A stretch of 64,000 nucleotides of DNA from an uncultured Pseudomonadales bacterium (GCA_964598145.1 CAZRAM010000004.1:100337-164336); one strand, 5' to 3'. Positions 20,724-31,183 are shown, counted from the first letter of the stretch. Translations and numbers: made by a program. The notes: generated by a model from the letters alone, not told the origin.

Positions 20724-21428
20724 TTAAGCTGCCCAGTATACGTGGACAGGTGTGACGGTTTGGTTAAGCACCGCGCGAACGGGCATATCGGCAACCTCAC
20801 CACCTTCCAGGGCAGCGCGGTATACGTCGAGTTTGTCTTGGCCAGTAATCAACAGCACGATGTCGCCGCTCTGCTGGATAGCGCTCAGGGTCATGGTCAT
20901 GCGATCGACTTCATCACCTGTCACCGCTGACGGCTTGGCTGTTAGGGCGGCCACTAGCGCATCGCTCTGCAGGGCGTTGTCTAAACCCTCTGCGTGTGGG
21001 AAAAACGAAGCGGTGTGGCCATCGCCCCCCATACCCAAGATGCAAATACCCGCTTTGTTGGGAAGCGCCTGAAAGGCAACTTCACACGCTTGCCAACCCT
21101 CACAAGGGGTCGCCGCAGGGTTTTTCATCCCCACGAAGGGCGCCTCGGTAGCGTTGTTAATTCGCAGACAACGATTGAGGAAGGCCTCATTACTACGTGG
21201 GTGATCAACATCGACCCAACGCTCATCAACCATGGCAATGTGAACATTGCTCCAAGCCAAATCGCGCTCGGACAACGCTTTGTAGACCAATTCAGGCGTG
21301 CTACCACCCGACACATAAAACGCGGCATCACCGCTGTTGGCCACGCAGTCCGACAAACGCTGCTGGCAGCGCTCAGTCAGGGCCTCGATCAACGCTTCAC
21401 GGCTATCAAAAAAGTGCTCTTGAACCAT
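20724..21428 (-). CDS. pgl: 6-phosphogluconolactonase
   Basis: Trimmed to ATG 21428, 2 nt after the zwf stop. GGSTP and GMGGDGHTASFFP motifs. Confidence 0.85.
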   Translation of the reverse strand: MVQEHFFDSREALIEALTERCQQRLSDCVANSGDAAFYVSGGSTPELVYKALSERDLAWSNVHIAMVDERWVDVDHPRSNEAFLNRCLRINNATEAPFVGMKNPAATPCEGWQACEVAFQALPNKAGICILGMGGDGHTASFFPHAEGLDNALQSDALVAALTAKPSAVTGDEVDRMTMTLSAIQQSGDIVLLITGQDKLDVYRAALEGGEVADMPVRAVLNQTVTPVHVYWAA

Positions 21429-21430
21429 AC

Positions 21431-22921
21431 TTACACCCCTTCGCCAGCGTTGTACCAACGGCGACCGTCATCGCTCATCAATTCAGTGGCTAATTGGGGT
21501 CCCCATGAACCGGCACGATAAAGCTCTGGAATCACTTCACGCTCTACCCAGGTTTCAATAATAGGATCGATCCAAGCCCATGCCGCGGCAACTTCATCAC
21601 GGTGAATAAACAGGCTGGGGTTGTTCAGCGCCGCATCCAACATCAAACGCTTGTAGGCGTCTGAGCGGAAGTTTTCGAAGGTTTCTGCGAAGTTCAGGTT
21701 CAAGACCACGGGCTTGAGTTTAATATCCAATTCATTCAAGTCTTTCGCCACTAGATACAATTGAATGCTCTCGTCGGGCTGCAGGCGAATGACCAAGCGG
21801 TTAGGTGGTGTCGTACCTTGCTTACCACTGTAAACATCGTGTGGAATTTCACGGAACTGCAGCACAATCTCCGCGCAGCGCTCCTTCATGCGCTTACCAG
21901 TACGCAGGTAAAACGGTACGCGTGCCCAGCGCCAGTTATCGATGTGGGCACGGATAGCCACGAAGGTCTCGGTGTGGCTGGCGCCATCGTTCAGCTCTTC
22001 CAAGTAGCCGGGGACCAACTTGCCATTAAACTCACCCGCCACGTATTGGCCACGCACGGTATTACTGATCACATCATCGCCACGCAGCGGACGAAGCGCC
22101 TGCAGTACCTTCAGTTTTTCAGCGCGAATATTGTCGGCTGAAATGGTGTTTGGTGGTTCCATGGCAGTCAGACACAGCAACTGCAACAGGTGGTTTTGGA
22201 TCATGTCGCGCAGCGCACCGGCGTTGTCGTAAAAACCCGCGCGCCCTTCCAAACCGACGGTTTCAGAAATCGAGATTTGCACGTGATCGATAAACTTTGA
22301 GTTCCAGAATTGCTCAAACAAGATGTTGCTGAAACGCAGCGCCATCAAGTTTTGTACCGTTTCTTTACCCAGGTAGTGGTCGATACGGAAAATCTGCGAC
22401 TCTTTGAAATAGGTGGCAATGGTGGCGTTGATCTCTTCCGCTGATTTGGCGTCATAGCCGAGCGGTTTTTCTACCACGACGCGAGCGTTTTCATTGATCA
22501 AACCCTGCTCATGCAAGTTCTTGCACGCTTCGCCAAACACCGCGGGAGGCGTCGACAAATAGAAAACACGCGAGCGGTTATCGTCACATTCGAGGTGCTT
22601 TTCTAATACCGCCCACTTTTCATCGCGCTTAGAAATATCGACCATGACGGGGGCAACAATATTTGAAAAGCCCTTCCAAATCTCTTTGTCGAACTCGCCC
22701 TCGTAGAGAAAGTTCTGCAACGCCTTATTGACGTTGCCCATGTAGTTATCGAAATCTTCTTGCTTACGCACCGTGCAGAAGATGTGCGACTCGGGGGCAA
22801 TTTTGCCCTCTTTAAAGGCGCGGTACATCGCTGGTAACAATTTACGGTAGGCCAGATCGCCGGCACCACCAAAAATGACAAAATCAACCAGGGCGACAGT
22901 ATTGCTGTTATCAGAGCCCAT
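21431..22921 (-). CDS. zwf: glucose-6-phosphate 1-dehydrogenase
   Basis: GGAGDLAYRKL dinucleotide site and the RIDHYLGKE signature. 496 aa. Confidence 0.95.
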   Translation of the reverse strand: MGSDNSNTVALVDFVIFGGAGDLAYRKLLPAMYRAFKEGKIAPESHIFCTVRKQEDFDNYMGNVNKALQNFLYEGEFDKEIWKGFSNIVAPVMVDISKRDEKWAVLEKHLECDDNRSRVFYLSTPPAVFGEACKNLHEQGLINENARVVVEKPLGYDAKSAEEINATIATYFKESQIFRIDHYLGKETVQNLMALRFSNILFEQFWNSKFIDHVQISISETVGLEGRAGFYDNAGALRDMIQNHLLQLLCLTAMEPPNTISADNIRAEKLKVLQALRPLRGDDVISNTVRGQYVAGEFNGKLVPGYLEELNDGASHTETFVAIRAHIDNWRWARVPFYLRTGKRMKERCAEIVLQFREIPHDVYSGKQGTTPPNRLVIRLQPDESIQLYLVAKDLNELDIKLKPVVLNLNFAETFENFRSDAYKRLMLDAALNNPSLFIHRDEVAAAWAWIDPIIETWVEREVIPELYRAGSWGPQLATELMSDDGRRWYNAGEGV

Positions 22922-22926
22922 ATTAT

Positions 22927-24744
22927 TTACTCCATAGTAAAGATGGTAGCGCCGTCTTCGGCAGAATTAACGCAAGCGCGCAACGAGTGGAATAGTTCAC
23001 GACCCATGCCGTACTCGTTACCACTGAGATCGGGTCGCGCTTGAATACGCGAGGCAAACTCAGCCTCGTCGACCAACAAACGCAGGCTGCCATTTTCAGC
23101 ATCCAACTCAAGCATATCGCCATCGCGAACGCGGCCAATGGGACCTCCGTCTAAGGCCTCAGGGCTGAGGTGGATCGCCGACGGTACCTTGCCCGATGCT
23201 CCCGACATGCGGCCATCGGTAACCAGCGCCACTTTAAAGCCACGGTCTTGCAGGGTGGCCAGTGTAGGGGTCAACTTGTGCAACTCGGGCATACCGTTGG
23301 CTTTAGGGCCCTGGTAGCGAATGACGGCAATAAAATCTTGCTCCAGTCGACCTTCTTTAAAGGCTTGCAGCAGATCGTCTTGGTGATCGAATACAATCGC
23401 GGGCGCCGTCACCAAACGGTGCTGAGGTTTCACCGCAGAAATTTTGATCACCGAATTACCGAGGTTGCCCTTCAACAATTTCAGGCCGCCTTCTGGTGCA
23501 AAAGGATTGCTGGCGGGGCGAAGGACCTCTTCATCCAGACTGTTGGCGGGAACATCATGCCAAACAATCGCGCCGTCGCGCAGGTGGGGCTCTTTGGTGT
23601 AGGCATCTAGACCAAAGCCCATGGTGGTGTAGACATCGTTGTGAAGGTAGCCAGCATCGCGCAATTCGCGCATCAAGAAACCCATACCACCCGCCGCTTG
23701 GAAGTGGTTCACGTCGGCCATACCGTTGGGGTAAATGCGGCACAACAATGGCACCACATCCGACAGATCAGACATATCCTGCCAGGTCAGTTGAACGCCG
23801 GCCGCCTTGGCAATGGCAATTAAGTGGATAGCGTGGTTGGTTGAACCACCGGTGGCCAACAAGCCCACGACGCCGTTTACGATGGTTTTTTCATTGACGA
23901 TGTCGGCCAGCATAATGCGTTGATCAGCATCGATGTTTTTCAACAATTGACGAGTCACTTCTTCGGTCAGCGCCTCGCGCAGCTCGGTACCGGGGTTAAC
24001 GAACGAAGAACCTGGTAGATGCAGGCCCATAATTTCCATCAGCATTTGGTTGCTGTTGGCGGTGCCGTAGAAGGTACAGGTTCCCGCACTGTGGTAAGAC
24101 TCGCTTTCTGCTTTCAGCAGTTCTTCGCGGCCCACTTTACCTTGGGCATACAATTGACGCACGCGGGCTTTTTCTTCGTTGGGCAGACCCGATGGCATTG
24201 GACCCGCAGGTACGAAGGCGGTTGGCAAGTGACCAAAGGCCAGCGAGCCAATCATCATACCGGGGACGATTTTATCGCACACCGCCAGACACAGGCTGCC
24301 ATCAAAGACGTCGTGAGACAGGGCTACACCTGTGGCCATGGCAATCACATCGCGGCTAAACAGCGACAATTCCATGCCGTCACGTCCTTGGGTGACACCG
24401 TCACACATAGCGGGCACACCACCGGCAAATTGCGCTGAAGCGCCCTGCTCTGCGGCGGCCTTTTTAATAGTCGCTGGGTAGGTTTCGTAGGGCTGGTGCG
24501 CCGACAACATTTCGTTGTAGGCCGAGATAATAGCGACGTTAGCCACCTCGTCGCCTGCCAGCTGCCCCTTGACACTGCTGCTGCAAGCGGCAATCGCGTG
24601 GGCCAAGTTGCCACACGACAAACGAGAACGCACACGACCAGCGCTGCGCGCCTTATTCATGCGGTTGACGTAGTCGTCGCGGCTTGGCTTGCTGCGTTCG
24701 ATCAAACGTGCGGTGACTTCGGCCACCACTGAATTCATAGACAT
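22927..24744 (-). CDS. edd: phosphogluconate dehydratase
   Basis: Colinear with E. coli Edd as recalled ([55 protein letters not shown]). 605 aa. Confidence 0.95.
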   Translation of the reverse strand: MSMNSVVAEVTARLIERSKPSRDDYVNRMNKARSAGRVRSRLSCGNLAHAIAACSSSVKGQLAGDEVANVAIISAYNEMLSAHQPYETYPATIKKAAAEQGASAQFAGGVPAMCDGVTQGRDGMELSLFSRDVIAMATGVALSHDVFDGSLCLAVCDKIVPGMMIGSLAFGHLPTAFVPAGPMPSGLPNEEKARVRQLYAQGKVGREELLKAESESYHSAGTCTFYGTANSNQMLMEIMGLHLPGSSFVNPGTELREALTEEVTRQLLKNIDADQRIMLADIVNEKTIVNGVVGLLATGGSTNHAIHLIAIAKAAGVQLTWQDMSDLSDVVPLLCRIYPNGMADVNHFQAAGGMGFLMRELRDAGYLHNDVYTTMGFGLDAYTKEPHLRDGAIVWHDVPANSLDEEVLRPASNPFAPEGGLKLLKGNLGNSVIKISAVKPQHRLVTAPAIVFDHQDDLLQAFKEGRLEQDFIAVIRYQGPKANGMPELHKLTPTLATLQDRGFKVALVTDGRMSGASGKVPSAIHLSPEALDGGPIGRVRDGDMLELDAENGSLRLLVDEAEFASRIQARPDLSGNEYGMGRELFHSLRACVNSAEDGATIFTME

Positions 24745-24746
24745 AA

Positions 24747-26426
24747 TTAGCTCCGACGCATGGTTTTGTAGCGCGCCATTAGGCCCGCGGTGGAGACATC
24801 GTAACGCTGCTGTAATTCAGCCTCGCCCATCGAATCGGCGGCGATGTCTGCTTCAATTTTCTTAGCGATCACTTTGCCCAGTTCGACGCCCCATTGGTCG
24901 AACGAACAAATATCCAAAATGACACCCTGCACAAAGATTTTGTGCTCATAGAGGGCGATCATCATGCCCAAGATACGAGGCTCAACGCGTGACAGCAGGA
25001 AACTACTGGTGGGGCGATTACCTTTGTGCACCTTGTGCGGCACGATTTCTTCAATTCGCTCAGGCGATAGGCCTTTTGCCGTCAAATCAGCACGAATCTC
25101 TGCCGCGCTAACACCGGTCATCAATGCCTTACTTTGCGCAAAGTAGTTAGACATCAACACGTCGTGATGGCCGTCTACCTCGATGCTGCTGCGCACCGAA
25201 CCGATGAAATCAGCGGGGATAATGGCGGGGCTTTGGTGCAGGAACTGATAGAAAGCGTGCTGGCCATTAATACCCACCTCGCCCCAGATCAATGGGACAG
25301 TGTCGTAGTCAACACTGCCACCATCGCGCACCACAAACTTACCATTGGACTCCATCTCTGCCTGCTGCAAGTAGGCGGGCAGCATGTGCATTGCTTGGTC
25401 GTAGGGCAAAATGGCTTGTGCAGGAAACCCCATAAAGGTGGTATTCCAAACGCTTAACAACGCCATCAACACGGGAATATTGTTGGCGAAATCAGCGTTG
25501 GCAAAGTGCTCATCAACTTCGTGGGCGCCTTCGAGCAACTCGACAAACTTGTCAAAACCAAGGTATAGCGCAATGGGTAGACCAATGGCGGACCACAGCG
25601 AGAATCGCCCACCGACCCAATCCCACATTGAGAAAATGTTGTCTTGCTCGATGCCCATCTCGCACGCGGCGGCCACATTGGACGATACCGCCACAAAGTG
25701 TTTGCCAGCGGCGGCTTTGCTATCGCCAACACCGGCTTCAGCCGCTGCAGCAGTCAACCACGCCAGCGCCGTGCGAGCATTGGTCATGGTTTCAGAGGTG
25801 GTGAAAGTCTTCGACGAAATGACGAACAGTGTGGTGGCAGGATCTAAGCCATTCAAGGTAGTGGCGATCTGGGTACCATCGACGTTAGACACGTAGTGAA
25901 CATTGAGGGTGTCGTCAGCATAGGCCGCCAGGGCTTCGGTCACCATTTGCGGACCCAAATGAGAACCACCGATACCGATACTGACCACATCGGTAATCAT
26001 CGCACCGCTATAACCCTTCCACTCACCGTTGCGAACCGCGTTGACAAAGGTCTCCATGCGAGCCAACTCGCGGCTAACTTCGCCACTGACGTCAACGCCA
26101 TTCACTAAAATAGGACGCTTAGCACGGTCGCGCAGGGCGATATGCAGCACGGCGCGGTCTTCGGTGATGTTGATGTGTTCACCGCTAAACATCTTGTCTC
26201 GCCAAGTGGCAACATCGCATTGCTCGGCCAAATCCAACAGCGATTGCATGACGTTGGTGTCTACACGCTGCTTGGAATAGTCAAACAGTAGACCGGGAAG
26301 CTCGGCAGAAAAGGTACTGAAGCGCGAGGGATCGGCGCTGAACAGATCGTTAAGATGGATATCCCGCTGCTGTGCAGCGAGAGATTGCAAGGCTGTCCAA
26401 GCGGGCAGCGTAGATCTTGAACTCAT
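24747..26426 (-). CDS. pgi: glucose-6-phosphate isomerase
   Basis: 559 aa with typical PGI blocks ([26 protein letters not shown]). It is the first gene of the same-strand block; its stop is 2 nt from the edd start. Confidence 0.95.
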   Translation of the reverse strand: MSSRSTLPAWTALQSLAAQQRDIHLNDLFSADPSRFSTFSAELPGLLFDYSKQRVDTNVMQSLLDLAEQCDVATWRDKMFSGEHINITEDRAVLHIALRDRAKRPILVNGVDVSGEVSRELARMETFVNAVRNGEWKGYSGAMITDVVSIGIGGSHLGPQMVTEALAAYADDTLNVHYVSNVDGTQIATTLNGLDPATTLFVISSKTFTTSETMTNARTALAWLTAAAAEAGVGDSKAAAGKHFVAVSSNVAAACEMGIEQDNIFSMWDWVGGRFSLWSAIGLPIALYLGFDKFVELLEGAHEVDEHFANADFANNIPVLMALLSVWNTTFMGFPAQAILPYDQAMHMLPAYLQQAEMESNGKFVVRDGGSVDYDTVPLIWGEVGINGQHAFYQFLHQSPAIIPADFIGSVRSSIEVDGHHDVLMSNYFAQSKALMTGVSAAEIRADLTAKGLSPERIEEIVPHKVHKGNRPTSSFLLSRVEPRILGMMIALYEHKIFVQGVILDICSFDQWGVELGKVIAKKIEADIAADSMGEAELQQRYDVSTAGLMARYKTMRRS

Positions 26427-26506
26427 TTTTAACCCTCTTATAAAGCTTATAGCGACCTATCATGAAACCGATTGTAGTCAGAATAAAAAAGGCTGATGAC
26501 AGGTCG

Positions 26507-26530
26507 GTTAAAGTATTACGAAACTTTAAC
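26507..26530. promoter_or_regulatory. palindrome GTTAAAGT-N8-ACTTTAAC in the pgi/hexR divergent control region
   Basis: Perfect 8-bp arms read directly in an AT-rich 237-nt intergenic region. The TTTAAC/GTTAAA half-site recurs at about 26544 and 26587. Confidence 0.4.
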
Positions 26531-26586
26531 ATCTTTTAATTGGGTTAAATTTTTTCACACTTCAATGACAAAATAAAGCTAAATTT

Positions 26587-26601
26587 TTTAACTTAATTAC
26601 A
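26587..26601. promoter_or_regulatory. candidate HexR operator TTTAACTTAATTACA
   Basis: 12 of 15 positions match the TGTAAT-NNN-ATTACA type HexR palindrome I recall from Shewanella and other gammaproteobacteria. The right half ATTACA is exact. The consensus is from memory. Confidence 0.35.
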
Positions 26602-26663
26602 AAAAAGACTTCTTGTCCTGAAATCTCGATGGTATATTTTAAATATATCTACGAGGTAGCCAC

Positions 26664-27506
26664 ATGATACTGAATCGCTTACAGCAGTCACTCAACAACT
26701 TAAGCAAGGCGGAGCGCCGCATTGCCGAAGCGATTTTGAAAGACCCGGCTACCGTGGTTCACATGACCACCGCCGAGCTAGCACGCGCCGCCGACGTCAG
26801 CGACCCGATGGTATCGCGCCTTTGCCGCACGGTTGGCTGCCGCAGTTTCCCCGATTTAAAAGTCCAGCTTGCCAGCAGCATGGCCAGCGGCAACTCCTAT
26901 ATTTCAAGCACCGTTTCCGCCGGCGACAGCAGCGAAGAGATAGCCCACAAGATTATCGGGGCCAACATGAACGGCCTAGAATACCTGCGCAGCGGACTCG
27001 ATTTGCAGGCCATCGACAAGGCCATTGAGATTATTCGAGACGCTAAAAGGATCGAAATTTTCGGCATGGGGGGCTGTGCCTCGATTGCCGCCGATGCGCA
27101 AAACCGCTTCTTTCGCAGTGGCATTCCCACCGTCTGTTATGAAGACACACTCAAACAACGCATGGCCGCTGCCAGCGCGACTGAAGGCACCGCAGTACTG
27201 ATAATTACCTTTACCGGGCGCACCAAAGACATGATCGAGACCGCCGAAATTGTCAAACGCGCCGGCGGCGACTTAATTGCCATCACCGCCACCGACTCGC
27301 CTATCGCCAAACTGGCAGACGTGGCCATCAGCTCGGCCTCGGAACTGGAAGACACCACAATTTACGTGCCGATGGTGACTCGCATTGTCATCCTGACCAT
27401 CATCGACATCCTGACCACAGGACTCGCGCTGCAAATGGGTCCCGATATTGAAACCCGCTTACAGTTGATCAAGCACAGTTTGGATCTAACCAAGGTCGCC
27501 AAGTAG
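26664..27506 (+). CDS. hexR: RpiR/HexR family transcriptional regulator (HTH_6 + SIS)
   Basis: The N-terminus LSKAERRIAEAILKDPATVVHMTTAELARAADVSDPMVSRLCR is RpiR-type HTH, followed by a SIS domain. It is divergent from the pgi-edd-zwf block, as expected for HexR. Confidence 0.85.
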   Translation: MILNRLQQSLNNLSKAERRIAEAILKDPATVVHMTTAELARAADVSDPMVSRLCRTVGCRSFPDLKVQLASSMASGNSYISSTVSAGDSSEEIAHKIIGANMNGLEYLRSGLDLQAIDKAIEIIRDAKRIEIFGMGGCASIAADAQNRFFRSGIPTVCYEDTLKQRMAAASATEGTAVLIITFTGRTKDMIETAEIVKRAGGDLIAITATDSPIAKLADVAISSASELEDTTIYVPMVTRIVILTIIDILTTGLALQMGPDIETRLQLIKHSLDLTKVAK

Positions 27507-27514
27507 CGCGGCAA

Positions 27515-27832
27515 TTAATCGAGGTAGACCCCTACTTCATTACCGCGATAGACCAATTCGTATACTTTGAGTGCCGAACACTGAAATGCTGCGCCGGGCT
27601 GTACGGCCCCATTGCGAAGGGAAAAGCTCACCGCGTGAGCGGCGCAGGTCAGGACATCACCTCGAACACGAGCATCCACCAGTGAAAAGCCCTGATGGGG
27701 GCAGCGATTTTCCACCAACGCAATCACGTCGCCCTCCTGCAGTAACAGCACCTGACGCCCAGCGACAATAAATTCCCGCCGATACCCCGGTGCTAAGTTC
27801 ATCAAACTTTCGAGCCGATGATAGGTCTGCAT
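27515..27832 (-). CDS. small Rieske (2Fe-2S) domain protein, NirD-like size
   Basis: Intact Rieske ligands CPH-X16-CAAH (CPHQGFSLVDARVRGDVLTCAAH). 105 aa. Starts 11 nt after the aceK stop. Confidence 0.8.
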   Translation of the reverse strand: MQTYHRLESLMNLAPGYRREFIVAGRQVLLLQEGDVIALVENRCPHQGFSLVDARVRGDVLTCAAHAVSFSLRNGAVQPGAAFQCSALKVYELVYRGNEVGVYLD

Positions 27833-27843
27833 AGCCTGCTCCG

Positions 27844-29607
27844 CTAAGATGCCTTTTCCACTGCGCGCTGGAAACGACGACGCTTGCGATAGGGGAAGAC
27901 GTCGAGGATTTGACCCGCGCGGATATTGTCTTGAATGCTAGTCCAATAACTGGTGTTGTAAAGATCGCTGTGGAGCTCTTCGAAAGCCTTGCGCGCTTTT
28001 GGATTACCAGAAAAGAACAATCTAAATTCCTCAGGGAAGATATCAAACGGGCCAACGGTGTACCAAAGTTCACCCGACATCTCCTGGTATTCGTTCTGAG
28101 GCTCGGGGATCGTTCTAAACACGCAATCGGTCAGCGGACAAATCTCGTCATAGTCATAGAACACCACCCGCTTGTGCCGGGTGACGCCGAAGTTTTTCAA
28201 CAGCATATCGCCCGGGAAGATATTGGCCGCGGCCAATTGCTTGATAGCATTGCCGTATTCGTCCATGACATCGACAATGTCTTCATCGCTCGCGTCTTGC
28301 AGATAAATATTAAGCGGGATCATCTTGCGCTCGATGTACAAGTGATCAATGACGAGGTGATGCTCGCCTTTATCTTTGATGAGCGAAGGGGCAACGTCGT
28401 AAAGCTCACGCAATAATTCGTCCGATATCATGCGCTTGTCGAACTCGAAGTTGGAGAATTCATGGGTGTCCGCCATGCGCCCTACCCGATCATGGCGCGA
28501 CACCAAGCGATACTTCTCCTTGACCTGATCACGGGTCATATCCTTGGGAGGCGCAAAACGATCCTTGATGATCTTGAAGACGAAGTCGTAACTGGGCAGC
28601 GTGAACACCGACATCACCATCCCCTTGATACCCGGCGCGATGACAAATTTCTCCTCGGTTTTGCCCATATAGCGGCGAAAATCGCGGAAGAATTCGGTCT
28701 TAGAGTGCTTGCGAAACCCAATGCAAGCATACAGTTCCGAGCGCGCCTTATGGGGCATCAATATCTTCAGAAAGTCGACGATACTGGACGGGTCATTGGT
28801 CTCGACCATAAAAAAGGAGCGGGTAAAACTGAACACCACCGACAATTCGTCCCGGTCAAAAATGACCGTATCAACAAATAACTCCCCCTGGCTGTTGTGC
28901 ATGATTGGGAGCACAAAGGGAATAATATTTTCCCTCAGCACCACTCGCCCAATCACATAGGCGGCCTTAGAGCGATAGAACACCGACTTGAGCACGTCCA
29001 CCTGCATATTGCTGCGCTCCTGCGGCGAATAGCGCAGCAACGGCCCGCGGGCGGCATCGACAATATTGTTAATATCGCGCTCTTTGTCTTCCCAGCGCGC
29101 ATTAAATAAGCAACCGTCGAGTAGGTCGCGAGTCAGGTCGGTCACCTGTTCGCCTGGCGAGTAGCGGTGGTAAAGGTTTTGACTGACCTCCAGCGCGAGT
29201 GGTTTTTGCGACGAGGTAACAAAGGCGTGTTCATCATTGATATTGTCGTGACCAAACACATAGCAATAGATGGAGTTGTAAAACGTTTCCGCAATTTCGT
29301 AATTGGCGTGGTACTGCAAAATATCGATGTAATAAGCTTTGCCCAGCACCCACAGTTCAGGCTCATAAATGGGTGGCCCCACCAAGCCTTTAATCAATTC
29401 AGCGATGCTGTGCACCTTGCCTTTGTAGATCTCGATACGCAGCGACGAGGCCTCTTGAACAGCCGGCCAGTCCGCCTTTTCAAAACGCGCTTTGGCCCCA
29501 AGAGTTACGTTGGTAAAATCGGCAAACATCGCTTCAAAGCCATTGAGAATGGCACTGGCCAGACGCTGCGCCATATCGTTTTTAAGCCGCTGCAATTGGC
29601 TAGGCAT
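27844..29607 (-). CDS. aceK: isocitrate dehydrogenase kinase/phosphatase
   Basis: Colinear with E. coli AceK as recalled (RFEKADW, FYRNKAAY, HDRVGRMADTHEF, LYIERKMIPLNIYL, AAANIFPGDMLLKNFGVTRHKRVVFYDYDEI). 587 aa. Confidence 0.9.
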   Translation of the reverse strand: MPSQLQRLKNDMAQRLASAILNGFEAMFADFTNVTLGAKARFEKADWPAVQEASSLRIEIYKGKVHSIAELIKGLVGPPIYEPELWVLGKAYYIDILQYHANYEIAETFYNSIYCYVFGHDNINDEHAFVTSSQKPLALEVSQNLYHRYSPGEQVTDLTRDLLDGCLFNARWEDKERDINNIVDAARGPLLRYSPQERSNMQVDVLKSVFYRSKAAYVIGRVVLRENIIPFVLPIMHNSQGELFVDTVIFDRDELSVVFSFTRSFFMVETNDPSSIVDFLKILMPHKARSELYACIGFRKHSKTEFFRDFRRYMGKTEEKFVIAPGIKGMVMSVFTLPSYDFVFKIIKDRFAPPKDMTRDQVKEKYRLVSRHDRVGRMADTHEFSNFEFDKRMISDELLRELYDVAPSLIKDKGEHHLVIDHLYIERKMIPLNIYLQDASDEDIVDVMDEYGNAIKQLAAANIFPGDMLLKNFGVTRHKRVVFYDYDEICPLTDCVFRTIPEPQNEYQEMSGELWYTVGPFDIFPEEFRLFFSGNPKARKAFEELHSDLYNTSYWTSIQDNIRAGQILDVFPYRKRRRFQRAVEKAS

Positions 29608-29651
29608 AGCCTTTCCTTATTGTTGTTTTGCTAAACCCATGGTAAAACATC

Positions 29652-29668
29652 ATTCTATTTTATGGAAT
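29652..29668. promoter_or_regulatory. ATTC-N9-GAAT dyad (contains T-N11-A) in the aceK/LysR divergent intergenic region
   Basis: Read directly. It fits the generic LysR-type T-N11-A architecture and ends 25 nt upstream of the LysR-gene ATG. Confidence 0.3.
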
Positions 29669-29692
29669 TAATAATCACTATTAGGTACGGAA

Positions 29693-30628
29693 ATGAACCT
29701 ATCCCGAGTCGATTTGAATTTATTGGTATTTTTAGACGTTTTGTTACGCGAACGCAATGTTACCAAAGCCGCTGAGCAATTAGGTATCACGCAACCTGCC
29801 ATGAGCAACGGTTTGAAGCGGCTACGCGATTTACTCGATGACCCACTGTTAATTCGCACCAGCGAAGGGATGACCCCCACCGAGCGGGCCGAAGCCCTAC
29901 AACCTTTAGTGCGCAACATCCTCAATGAGGTAGAAAAAGCCGTCCAGCCTTCGACGCCCTTCGAGCCCACCACCAGCGACCGCACCTTCCGAGTGATGGC
30001 CAGTGACTACATAGAAGCGACCTTGCTCCCCAAAGTGATTGCCGCACTGCAAGAACAAGCGCCGGGTATTTGCCTCGACATTCTCACCCCCAGTGACGTG
30101 AGCTTCCAGGACATCGAGAAAGGCAAGGTCGACATGGCGATCAACCGCTTCAACCAACTGCCGCAGTCATTTCACCAAACCACCCTGTGGCGTGATAACT
30201 TCGCTTGCCTATTGAGTGCCGACCACCCCGCTGTCGATAATTTTGACTTGGAAGCCTACCTCGCCTCGAACCACATTTGGGTCAACAAAACCAACATGGG
30301 TGTTGGCACCGGCATGGATCGTGGCAATACTTCGCGTCTGGGGTGGATCGATGAAGCCTTGGCCGAACTCGATGTCAAACGCAACATTCGCGTCTTTACT
30401 CGTAACTACATGGTGGCATCCACCTTCGCCACACAACCCGATCTCATCGCCACGTTGCCGCGTCGCATGGCACAGGTTTACGCCAACGACCCGAAACTGG
30501 CGATACGCACCCCGCCCTTTCCACTGGTGCCGATTGAAATCAAAATGATCTGGAGTCCACTGCTGCAACACAACCCTGGGCACCAATGGCTGCGTCGACT
30601 GATTGTCGATCTCGCCAGAGAAGACTAA
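29693..30628 (+). CDS. LysR family transcriptional regulator
   Basis: N-terminal wHTH (DLNLLVFLDVLLRERNVTKAAEQLGITQPAMSNGLKRLR) plus a LysR substrate-binding domain. 311 aa. Confidence 0.85.
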   Translation: MNLSRVDLNLLVFLDVLLRERNVTKAAEQLGITQPAMSNGLKRLRDLLDDPLLIRTSEGMTPTERAEALQPLVRNILNEVEKAVQPSTPFEPTTSDRTFRVMASDYIEATLLPKVIAALQEQAPGICLDILTPSDVSFQDIEKGKVDMAINRFNQLPQSFHQTTLWRDNFACLLSADHPAVDNFDLEAYLASNHIWVNKTNMGVGTGMDRGNTSRLGWIDEALAELDVKRNIRVFTRNYMVASTFATQPDLIATLPRRMAQVYANDPKLAIRTPPFPLVPIEIKMIWSPLLQHNPGHQWLRRLIVDLARED

Positions 30629-30664
30629 AACGTATACTCACTTTCTATTTTCAAGGACGACACC

Positions 30665-31174
30665 ATGTCACGTGTAAAACTAGGCCTCGCGCTTTTTTCC
30701 ATTGCTTTGCTAGCAGCTTGCCAAAGCCTTCCCAACCACAGCAAGCAGACCCTTTACGGCCTCACCTTTGAACCTTGGCCGTGGGCGCCCATACAGTGTT
30801 TTGGCTGCGATTGGCAGGACAACAACCAGCCCATCAAAGACGGCGTCATACGCCGCGTAGAAGCACGCAAATCGGGTGAACTGCGTATCGTAGCGGCTAA
30901 ATCCGATCGCGGCGGTGATATCCTCAAGGCCTTTAGCATTAGTCCACAACGCAAAGAGTCGGTATTGAATTTGCGCTTTGCCAATAGCTATCGCGATGCC
31001 GTGGTAAAAATCATCGACAAAAATGGCGAGCGGCGCTTGCTAGAAAGTGGCCAATTTGCACCGGTGTATGTTGATGGCGAATTGTGGACACTGTACATCG
31101 TTCGCGCCACTGAATGGCAGGAAGACTTGCGACCCAGCAAATACTTAATCGACTGGGTTTTACTGAAAGAATAA
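30665..31174 (+). CDS. lipoprotein of unknown function
   Basis: Signal peptide with lipobox (SIALLAAC). I recognise no family. Its stop is 9 nt upstream of the M1 peptidase gene. Confidence 0.6.
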   Translation: MSRVKLGLALFSIALLAACQSLPNHSKQTLYGLTFEPWPWAPIQCFGCDWQDNNQPIKDGVIRRVEARKSGELRIVAAKSDRGGDILKAFSISPQRKESVLNLRFANSYRDAVVKIIDKNGERRLLESGQFAPVYVDGELWTLYIVRATEWQEDLRPSKYLIDWVLLKE

Positions 31175-31183
31175 GAGGTAGCT

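Noticed and set aside
27657-28073. ORF 27657..28073 (138 aa) bridging the Rieske and aceK genes
   Set aside because: It is out of frame with and overlaps two motif-supported genes on the same strand. The translation is low-complexity.
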